A stretch of 64,000 bases of DNA from Marsupella aquatica (Eukaryota; Plantae; Marchantiophyta): the NCBI GenBank assembly GCA_973895155.1, contig OZ316895.1, positions 9,722,184 through 9,786,183 on the forward strand. The letters are read 5' to 3'. Positions 50,709 to 60,417 of this stretch are shown in pieces (position 1 is the first letter of the stretch; each line of letters opens with the position of its first letter). The notes beneath the pieces were generated by a model that made no database searches, had not been told where the DNA came from, and saw only the letters and a program-made list of their open reading frames with translations. The position numbers and the translations under genes are program-made.

Positions 50709-51439
50709 ATCGACTCTAGCGAATTAGCCATAATTTACTTTTATATTGAAAGTCTTCGTTTCATCACGCGCCTAGTCGCGTGATTGTTTTAGAGGAGAGG
50801 ATATACTCTCCACTCTTAAATCTAATCGCGCTCCATTTCTGAGATCCGATTAATCTCTATTTATTAGTTACTTTACTTAGTCATTGAGTAGAACTCCACG
50901 CGCACAGTCGCGTGACATAACTGACCTCAGGTCAAATTCTCTCAAGAATTGAAGCCAATATCTGTTCGTTTACCGCCTTGTTTGGGGATGACGGGCACGT
51001 TCCCCATTCTGGTTGACTGACCACGCGCACAGTCGCGTCATTCTTCCTGCTGTATTCTAAGGTAATATAGATGTAGTATAGTATCACTCAAGCCTCTGTT
51101 ATTTTGATCATTAGGAAAAGACTCTCAGCCCTAGGTGGTCTAAACTGACTTCATTCAGATGAACCTAATTATTCCAGACGCTAGTAAACATGCAAGGCAT
51201 TCCAAACATACATACATGGAGCACTATTCATGGATTTAATACCCAATCTTGTTCACAGTGCACGCGCACAGTCGCGTCAAAATTATTGTTGTCTTCTAAG
51301 GTAATTTAGATATAGGATCGAATCACTCCAGTCTTAGCGGTTCTCGTTGTTGACTAAGAAGCCATCTTGAGAATCATTTCAACAAGAATTCACTTCATTC
51401 AAATGACTTGAATTATAGTAGAAGCCAGAAAACATAAAT

Positions 51440-52217
51440 GACCATTCTGGAATATTTTTTCGTCGATTACCAAAAAAGACTACATCCATCCCGAAGGACT
51501 TCGAATGTGGAATCCATTTCCATTGAACTGATTCCGTTAAAATATATCCCTACGGGATTAAATCTAGCTACATCGTATCCCTACCGAGTTCTAACTTGGA
51601 CTACGTTTTACTCAAATTCAATAAGCTCTAGCCTTACATCGAGTCAATCATTCCACGAAGATGGCATCCACTCATCCGTGTCTGGCGTGGATTCGCCAGA
51701 ATCCAAGAATGCCTCCTTTGCCCAAGCTCTATGGTCCATAAATTTGCGTGCGTTGCTCGGCTTCCTCCTTCTGTAATACAGTTCACAATCTTCCTTCATC
51801 TCTAATTTCCTTTTTGTAGTTGCGTCCACGTTCTTGGCCTCCTTCTTGACTTTCTTAGCATCAGCTGCTGCCTTGACCGTAATAGAATCGACGCGTACTT
51901 TGGCCTTCAACTTTTCCCCGGATTCCATCTTTGGATTCGACACGGTTGGATTGCTCTCCATCTTATCTTCCGTCATCAAATGTGGCGAACAGTGGGTTCT
52001 CACAAAAAATTTGACCTCTAGATGTAGTCACCGCAAACATGATATCACATCGCTTACACAATCTGAAAGGAGTACCACGATAGATAGAATCTTCTGCATT
52101 GTCTGTTGGAACATCCACATTCTTCAAGCTCACCGGCTTAGCCATCCCTTCAAGCAAGAGATGCGGACCGAGACTAAGAATTTGGAGTGAGAGGAAAGAC
52201 TCTTCTATTGGGAGCAA
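51440..52217 (-). pseudogene. Decayed first ORF/exon of the leftward cargo unit
   Basis: Overlapping ORFs 51963-52217 (CKRC..C) and 51644-52003 (K-rich) run on into stop-interrupted coding-like sequence. No family recognised. Confidence 0.4.
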
Positions 52218-52344
52218 AGGAAGGGAGAGCTGATGTGCGATTACATTATCCAGTAACCAGAATGTTCAATGCATGGGGAATGGGCAGTTTAGACATCATC
52301 TCAATGCTTTATAGTCTTTACTCTTCACTACTGTGGATATTGTC

Positions 52345-52527
52345 AATTAAGTGGCATGAATGTAGGGCGGAATCTAGGTTGGTTTCTAGAAGAGAGTAAT
52401 CATCTATCAATTCAGTGGCACGGATGTAGCGCGGCATGTAGGATGGTTCTACAATAGAATAACCGTGTGTCAATTAAATGGCACGAATATAGGGCGGAAT
52501 CTAGGGTGGTTTCTCGAAGAGAGTAAA
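52345..52527. repeat. Three diverged ~60-bp tandem repeats in the divergent spacer of the transposon
   Basis: CAATT(A/C)A(G/A)TGGCA..(A/G)AT(G/A)TAG(G/C)GCGG..T(C/G)TAGG.TGGTT occurs three times. Confidence 0.75.
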
Positions 52528-52714
52528 CGTCAGACTGGCGCGGAATAGAATTGGCTGCAAGCTAAATTGTCGTATAATTATGGCTTTAATTTCACTGTCG
52601 GCGACTGGCCCGGAATGTACTGATTGTTAGTGATGTACTGGAATGATTATGGGGTTCTCAGTAGATACTGACTGTCGAGTGTCCACTCAGTGGTACTGTC
52701 CACTCAGTGGTGTA

Positions 52715-53322
52715 TCTTATTATAAATTGCAATCATATCTTACTTATGAATCGCCAACTACGAGCTAGAGTTTGGGCCTAAGCTTCTAGCTTCTAGGTTT
52801 TAGACCCTATGGGAAATAGGAATCTATAATGTTGAATCGGTCATGGGCTAGCCTAAGGGTGTCCCACACATTTTCAGGCTGTGTCCACCCGAACCTAACT
52901 CGGGCGACTGCAAAACTCTCCCGGCCCGATATTTGAGTCCCCCAATAGGAAAACCACTTCACGCACAGCGCCGCAACACAACTCATTGCTAACTACCCCA
53001 GCAAATATTGGCCCGAGTATACCTAGTTTCGGCTGCCCATAAGGTCAGATTTTTCCCCATATCTGAGACGCCCTAATAATGCTTGTGAAGAGGTCAGTCG
53101 TGTCATTGAGGGTCTCCCCCGTGTCTTTGGCAAGGGCCTCCCACTCCCGTGCCTTCATTATGGACCCCCCCTTGGGATATATATTTTTGAGCGATGCGTC
53201 GCCCTCCCCTCGGTCCCGATGCGCTCGCTCCTTCCTCTCGCCCTCCGCTCCATAAATGGCCTGGCCCGACTCCTTATGGGCCGGCCCTCCTTGCACCCTA
53301 CAACGCACGAGTATAGGGCTTG
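52715..53322 (+). mobile_element. Nested non-autonomous Helitron-like element
   Basis: Starts A|TCTTATTATA (less certain) and ends ...CAACGCACGAGTATAGGGCTTG|T. The 3' ~75 bp match the reverse complement of 13066-13140. Confidence 0.58.
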
Positions 53323-53518
53323 TTCCACAATAGAATGTTACGGAAGAAGCATGACGCGACTGGTCGCGTAATGGATTGGTTCATACGGCTACTAAGTCCT
53401 CAAGAAGCATCACGCGACAGGTCGCGTGCAGTACTTTGTCCTTACTTTGGTAGTTGACGGCCGTGACAGGACAGCACGCTTATAGTCATATTCGCTATTG
53501 TGCAGGATCATAATTAGT

Positions 53519-56500
53519 ATGGTGACATCGACAGTCTGGATCAGGGAAGGCGGACAAGTTATTATAGGCATCCGTGAAAAACAAGTTGGAAAAGGTCGTG
53601 TGATAAGTCTTGATCCTTCCAGGGTTTGTCACAATGTCACATAGTTCTTCTTCTATTGGAGGAAGTTTTTGACGAGACTATTCAATGCCGAGATGGCAAA
53701 CTTTTGAAGGACATGATTGGGGGCTACCTTGTATGGGAAAGGAATCAACTTTTTCAAGCTCCCATGGAATCGGAGGATTTGTTTGGCGAGGTTGGTGATG
53801 ATCAAGATCCAGTTGAGAAAAATTATGTTGGGAACCACCATAATGAGAGTCGGTCTCGTGTGGAAATAGTTTTACCAAAGGCCTTGTGGATGGGCATGCC
53901 TATAAAGGTGGTGGATGAGAACAAGTTGATTTTTGCAGTGGCAACTATACATGTTCTAGATCCTATAGTCAAGCTTGGGGATGTCACCCTTGGGAATACA
54001 CATGTGGGAATTCTGATCAACAATTTTGTTGAGGGAGCTACGGTTGACCATCTGAAGCATAGAGATTGCTTAAAAGCTTGGTCGATAGACCAACTCATTG
54101 CCAAGGATGGCAACTTGTTGTCTTTCCACAACATTAGGCAAGAAGTGGGAGGGAACACATCTCCTACAAGTGGAAAGCGGTCCTACGTCCATAAAACTAG
54201 AAAAAGAAAGAGTCCATCTTCCCAGACATCTAGAAGAGACACATCTCTGGCACGTCAAGATGTGTTGTTGATAAACACAAAGGACTGTTGTAGTGAACAT
54301 TGTTGCCAATATTTGGACCGCAACTTGGCTATGGCAATTAGGCAAAAGTGGTGGTCAAAATCTTTTGCGGAGCGCAAGGAGGAGGAGGAAATCAAGGCTA
54401 TAAAAAATACAATACACTTGGGTACGGGCAAAAGGATTCTAGTAGTGGAGGGCAAAGTATTGTGCTTGGAGGCATGGAGAATCATTCATTCAAGAGGAAA
54501 GACTCAATTTTATGCCTTGAAGACGACTATGATGGCTGGAATGAACATAGGTACCCATGGTAATGCTGGAAAAAGGCGTATGTCTGAGAAAGTATCTCAA
54601 GCATTCATGTCAATGAAAGAGATTATTGAGGAGGCAGCTGATCATCATCCAGCCAAGTTGAGAACCATGGTAGATAATTCAAGGGTGGATTTGAGGGAAT
54701 TGCCAACCAATCTTACTTGGGAGAATATTATAAACAGGGTTAATGTTGGCAACAAGGAGGCTGGTCTTCCTCCAATTTCCCAACCCACCTTGAGTCATCT
54801 ACATCAGATGTATTTCAGGGAGTTCTTGCGTCACAAAAAGGGCAACAACTTTTCAAAGTGTACAACTTGTAGTGAGTTGCTTCAACGGAAAGCAAACCTT
54901 ACAGGAGCTAAGGAAGAGTTAGATTGCCTAAGGCGTGATGAGGAGGAACATCACCAAGACCACACACAACAAAGAATGTGCTATCATACCTGGAGATATG
55001 AGTCCATCCATCGTCCAAAGGAAGTGTTATGCCTTATTCATGATAAGATGGATCATTCAAAGACATCTCTCCCAAGAATGCCCTTCAATCCTAAGCATGT
55101 GGATGGTGCCCAAAAGTTCCCAATTACTGTCACTGGTATCCTTACTCATGGTCATGGTCCCAAGGCCATAGCCCAATATCATGTTGGAGTGTGGCCAGGT
55201 GATGTCAACGTCACTATTGGGTCAATTGATTCAATACTAAGGATGTTGGAAAACCCAAATCTAATGATCAAATCTCTTGTGGAGGGGCCAGACTCGACAA
55301 GTCTTTTAATTTAAAGACCTCCTTTTTGGGAGAAAAGATATCTTGGAGGCAAGTGTCCTTAGAGCATTTGAGGATGACATTGCCTACATCTCAAGCCTAG
55401 GTACTTTACTCACAATCCTTTTATTATTAATAATATAAGCTCACACACACTAACACTCTACTTTATGTAGTTGTTGCTCCTCCTAGCCAAGGTTTCATTA
55501 ATAGGATTTAAACCCTAAACCCTAAATTGGGGTTTAGGGTCTGACTAGGGTTTTATTTAAAAGCATTCTGAGATTGTTACATTGTGATGCAGCACCCGAG
55601 GCACCAAAGTTCAGGCCCCTTCCACGAGTATTGAAGCTACAACTGGATAATTGTGCCTCAGACAACAAGAACAGATATACGATGGTTTATTTGTCATTGT
55701 TGACGGCAAGGGAGGTGTTTGAAGAGGTTCATCTTGGTTTTATGGTGGTTGGGCATACTCATGAGGACGTTGATGGTATGTTTGGGCATTTTTTAGAGTC
55801 TATGATGCATAACCCCACATACTCATTGCCTGAGTTAATGTCCTTGTTCATGAGAGCAAGGACACCCAATGTAGTCCCACATTTTCTACAGGAGGTCCCA
55901 GATTTCAAAAACTACTTAGCTCCATTCATGTTGAAGGGCCTTGAGGCATTGGTGGGGCATTTAAAACCCAGGCTGTTTAGGTTCTATGTTCGTCATGATA
56001 GTATGCCATGCTTCCAATACAAAATGAAGTCAACTGATCAGGGATGGTTACCCAAGGAAGGTATTGAAATGTGGTCATGGAAAGATGACAAAAGTCCTCA
56101 CATCCCAATTGGGGTGCCCAAACGGCTACCAATGATGGAGTTGAAAATGCTTCCTGAAGTGCTGACAGGGTTGAAGAAGCATGTGTCATTCTTTGAGTTT
56201 ATTCTAAAGCGAACAAAAGAGGAAGAACCAAAGTGACGTTGGACAACTCTCATCAATTATTGGAATGACATTGTAGATACTCTACAGGGTGAGCAGGTGC
56301 AATATGAACCTGAAGGTGCACACAACTTGGAATACGGGTTTTGGCCTTTATCAATATGGAGAGAGCACGTTCCACCAGAATATCAAAATGTGGCATGTGA
56401 GTTGGAGGCAACAATGGATTATGTGGGACCAGCAAAAGATAAACCTTCTGAGAGTTTTAACCCTAGGGTTGATGTTGTGAAGGGCTGTTATGTGTTGGTA

Positions 56501-56881
56501 CGGCCGGACGACTCAAACCTGGATGTTTATCCCGTCCATATGGGGTTAGTTGTTACAGATGTGGTAGAAGGACCAGTGAATGAACAAAACCTTCTTACTC
56601 ATGTATGTGGCGTTGAGTGGTTTAGACCATTTATGGCAAAGAAGCAACGTGGTCAATCAAACTGGTAGCCAAGAGAGCGGTGGGCAGATTCTTGGGATAA
56701 AAAATGTGAACGTGATCCAACTCCAATATACAAGGAAGCTAAGACAATAGATGTTTCCTCTGCCTTGTGGTGTTTCAAAGCACGCAAAGGACCAGTGACA
56801 GGGCTGGTAGGAATTCCAAAGAATGTTGCTGCCAAGGCAAGAGACTATCTCTTGACATGCATAGCAAGTGACAAATCCTAG
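53519..56881 (+). pseudogene. Sola1/DUF7869-type DDD transposase (about 1,050 codons reconstructed; intron 55401-55592)
   Basis: Cys-rich DCCSEHC..VLCLEAW, then FSKCTTC..H, CLIHDKMD (D1), LQLDNCASDNKN (D2) and FMVVGHTHEDVDGMFG (D3). Frameshifts near 53640 and 55309; in-frame stops at 56234 (TGA) and 56666 (TAG); final TAG at 56879-56881. Confidence 0.87.
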
Positions 56882-56976
56882 ACAATAATGAAGCATGTAG
56901 TTTAGCATACAGTTTAAAAGGCAACTCAGAATAGTAGTAGCCAGAGAACTCAAGTTTAGACAAGTCTTATCGTCTA

Positions 56977-57499
56977 AGTTAGTTAGTTGGTTAGTTTATT
57001 TAAGATATAATATTAGTTAGTGGGGCCTTAGTTTGGTGATATTAAGGCATGATATTATTGACATTCAAATGAATGTCCAGTAGACATTGTAATATACAAC
57101 AATCCTATTAATAAATAATAATTATAGTTACACCTTCAAGTGAACTCAACTTTCAATGATTTCTGATTTGATATGGTTCCATGCCTGATTGAGTCAAAGC
57201 AATAGAAACTAACTAATTAAAGGGTGATATGATTGTAGGTCACGCACCCTGGTGCGTGTCAATCTTTTTTTGTATTCAACCCTATAGTAATTAAATAGAC
57301 AAGTTAGTTAGTTGGTTAGTTTATTTAAGATATAATATTAGTTAGATAGTGGGGCCTTAGTTTGGTGATATTAAGGCATGATATTATTGACATTCAAATG
57401 AATGTCTAGTAGACATTGTAATATACAACAATCCTATTAATTGTTGTAAAGAGTGGTCAATCTTTTTTGTATTCAACCCTATAGCAATTAAATAGACAA
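56977..57499. repeat. Internal duplications in the transposon's right arm
   Basis: A ~135-bp block TTAGTTAGTTGGTTAG...CAATCCTATTAAT at about 56979-57112 and 57304-57441. A ~43-bp block GTCAATCTTTTTTGTATTCAACCCTATAG.AATTAAATAGACAA at about 57258 and 57456. Confidence 0.85.
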
Positions 57500-57690
57500 T
57501 TGAAACAATGAATGACAGTTTAATTAAGGATTTGTGCATGGATCAAGAGGTACTTGATGTCATTTAGTGATGCATTGTTATAAAGATCTTGCAACAAAAC
57601 ATTTGAAGTTTTTGACTATCCCACCAAATGTTAAAGAGGTTGATCATTCATTAACTTATAATATTTAGATAAAATTGGAATTAATCTAAT

Positions 57691-57716
57691 ACTTCAGTAT
57701 TCCTTAAATTGGGGTT
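57691..57716 (-). repeat. Right terminal inverted repeat
   Basis: ACTTCAGTATTCCTTAAATTGGGGTT, followed by ATAT. Confidence 0.9.
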
Positions 57717-58273
57717 ATATCTCAAATTGCAAAGATGACTCAAGCTGAGTAAAGAATAGACGGCTAGCATGGCAACTGAACAATTTCATATCCAAAAAGA
57801 TTTCCACCCATTCCCAAAACCTAAGCTCTCATGGACCACATAATTGACATGATATCCTTATGAATTGTCATAACTGACATGGGCCACAAACAAACCAAAA
57901 GTTACATGAATTAAAGATACCCACCAAATAGACAAATCTGAGGTCCGTCGACAGTGTTTTGAATTAACTTGGGATGATGGGTAAGAAAATTAAAACTTGA
58001 GTTATTAACTCACACATAGACATAGGGAACAGAATACCAATTAGAAGTTTTTTCACCGGATTCAAACAATATGTGACACCTTGAATTTTTTGTAAATTAT
58101 TGAAAGATGGAAGTGAGGTGCAAATTACCCCAATTATTGCCCTTTTGAAGCCCAAATGCCCAAATTTACCTTGCTGAGCACTTTTGTGAAGGACGCCACC
58201 CAAAGGCGTCCCAAAGGAGGCACTTTTATGAAGGACGCCACCGAGAAGCGTCCCAAAGGCAGACTGTATTTAG

Positions 58274-58622
58274 TGTTGAACTTAACATAGACGACATTTG
58301 TAACGGCAAGCCCATGAACCATCCAACGCACAAGAGTCGACATAGAGAGATATGTGGTTCACCTCCACATGAGGCTACGTCCACGGGAACACACAAGAGC
58401 TTTACTGCACTCTAGGTTGACCGGCCATACCAAGCATCCATAGCACAAGCTCTCCCTATCTCTCAACTAGCTCCGTAACAATGAGCCTAAGTTCCATCAG
58501 GGTCTGGCATCAACCCCGGCTATATGCACAACAGGACTACCGCTAACATTAGCTAAGTACTAACCCAAGTTAGCCTAACTGTAGTTAGCTCATGAGTCAC
58601 AAGACTAGAGCAATATCTAACA
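58274..58622 (-). mobile_element. Solo LTR (349 bp)
   Basis: TGTT...AACA termini with a perfect 5-bp TSD TTTAG (58269-58273, 58623-58627). Homologous, in the opposite orientation, to 60086-60417. Confidence 0.88.
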
Positions 58623-60085
58623 TTTAGCAGATCCCCCTAATTGTTCAAAGGTCTTCCCGACCTTAGTTTAATCTGAGATTTTTTGTGCTTGATCTTTGTT
58701 ATTCAAACTCCTTATTGGCAGGAATTCAACCTTTTTCATGTTGTGTAGTTTAGATTTTAAATTAAGTTCTTACAACACCTAGGTGTTTCCTCTTACACTT
58801 TCTGTATGCACCCCTCAACTTCTCTTCTCTTTCCAGGTATGGAAAGGCATGTCTTTCCATTTCCCTTACTTGCATCCCACTTAGACCTATAAAACCTTTT
58901 AGGATTGCTCATTTTCCTAGGGCAAAACATTATTCAGTAATGGAGATTGCTGATTAGTTTTTTCCTCCTTCCATTTTAACAAGTCATTGAGAGTCAAGGT
59001 CTTGTATAGAAGTAAAGCTTGTTGTTATAAAGAGTGATTGAATTCAGGAGATTCTTTCGGGTGACTGAATTTGATTACTAGCTCATGAGGTTCATATTGA
59101 ATTCATTGCTAGGCCTGCTTGTTGTGACAAGATTTGCTAGCCAATTTGAGAACGAATGCTTGAATGTGAGAAGCAAAATTCCATTTTCATAGTAAATAGT
59201 ACCGTTACTTTGCACTGGAATAAACCTTAGTGTTCGACTTGAATTGCGTTTCGCTAAGAGTTGAACCATGTTGACGTCATCTTAAGGTTTATCTTTGCAT
59301 TCGTAACCTGAAATCTACTTTGGGTTTGGTGAGCAAGATTCTTTCATTCAGTATTGTTATAGATTAAGAGGAAGGAAAGATTGGCAAGATTAATTTCCAT
59401 TTGCATATGATAAGACCATATTCCTTTCTGAAGGAGTGACAGTATCAAATTGTGAATTTAGTTCTCTCAATCTAAACCTACTTTTAATCATAACTCAGAA
59501 GTTTACTCTGGTTGTGTTTTGATTAATTTATTCATTTTTGCTTTGAGTAGTAGGAGATGTGTGAGTAGAGACTGTAAAACTCTCAAATGGATAAAAGTAT
59601 TCAATCTCTTCCAATTTTGTTCTTGAAGGGATTGAAACTCGAGTTTTAAAGTGTAAAGCGTCACTTTTGGTTCTTTCGACCATACGACACAATAGTTACC
59701 AAAAAAAATGAGGGTGAAATTTATGTGTTATCTCCAAGATCATAGGTGGAACAACCATGTTGAGGGTGAGAATTTCAGCCATGGTGGCGGTGGAGAAGTA
59801 GCTTCAACCAAAAAGGATCAAGCTTGGTCAACTAATTGCCCCATATAGTATTGAATAAGGATGATGCTGACACAAGAATTTGGCGACACTGGGCAGGAAG
59901 AGAGTTCGAGAGTGCTTATGTAAGCAAGCTGGGCATTCAGAAGGTTATGTGGATGGAAAAAGGCTTGCACAAGCAGAGTGTGAACCAGTCAGTGGCTTAA
60001 AGGTTCCAGTGGAGACTGGAAACACTAGGGCGTCTCAGACCTGCAGGCAAACCCCAAGTTACGGGAAACCACATATGGCATTAAC

Positions 60086-60417
60086 TGTTAAGGATTGCTC
60101 TTAGTCTTATGACTCATAGGTTACAGTACTTAGGCTAACCATAGTTAGGATCTTAACTGAGGTTAGATTAGTCATGTGTGACCTTGTATATACCAGGGCT
60201 AGTGTAAGCCGCTGGAGTGTGGTGCTTACTCATTGTAATAGAGCAACTTGAGGAAGAGGGAGAGCATGTGTGTTCGTCTACTCTTGAAGTAAAGCTTGAG
60301 TGTTCGTGTGGACGTAGCCTTGGAGAAGAGGTGAACCACGTAGAGATTGTGTCGACTACGTGTGCATGGAATGAGTCATGGTTGTATTGTCGTTGCGAAT
60401 GACGTCTTAGTTCAACA
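60086..60417 (+). mobile_element. Solo LTR (332 bp)
   Basis: TGTT...AACA termini with a perfect 5-bp TSD TTAAC (60081-60085, 60418-60422). Confidence 0.88.

Larger units (their letters stand above)
34590..57716 (+). mobile_element. Giant cargo-carrying TIR DNA transposon, Sola1-like (23,127 bp; about 18 kb without nested insertions)
   Basis: Perfect 17-bp TIR with a degenerate extension. ATAT flanks both ends (34586-34589, 57717-57720), matching the AWWT TSD preference known for Sola1. Internal DDD transposase with DNC..NKN and GHTHED motifs. Confidence 0.88.

Noticed and set aside
55510-55554. Interstitial telomere or chromosome-fusion scar
   Set aside because: Only about two repeats per orientation inside a short intron; too short to support that reading.
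34590-57716. Endogenous giant virus, Polinton or prophage interpretation of the gene-dense cluster
   Set aside because: No capsid, DNA polymerase B, packaging ATPase or integrase was recognised; TIRs, a 4-bp TSD and a DDD transposase explain the boundaries.
58178-58260. Doubled GAAGGACGCCACC...GCGTCCCAAAGG as the right end of the giant transposon
   Set aside because: No matching inverted copy on the left; the true TIR and TSD are at 57691-57720. Probably the subterminal repeat of another, unresolved element.
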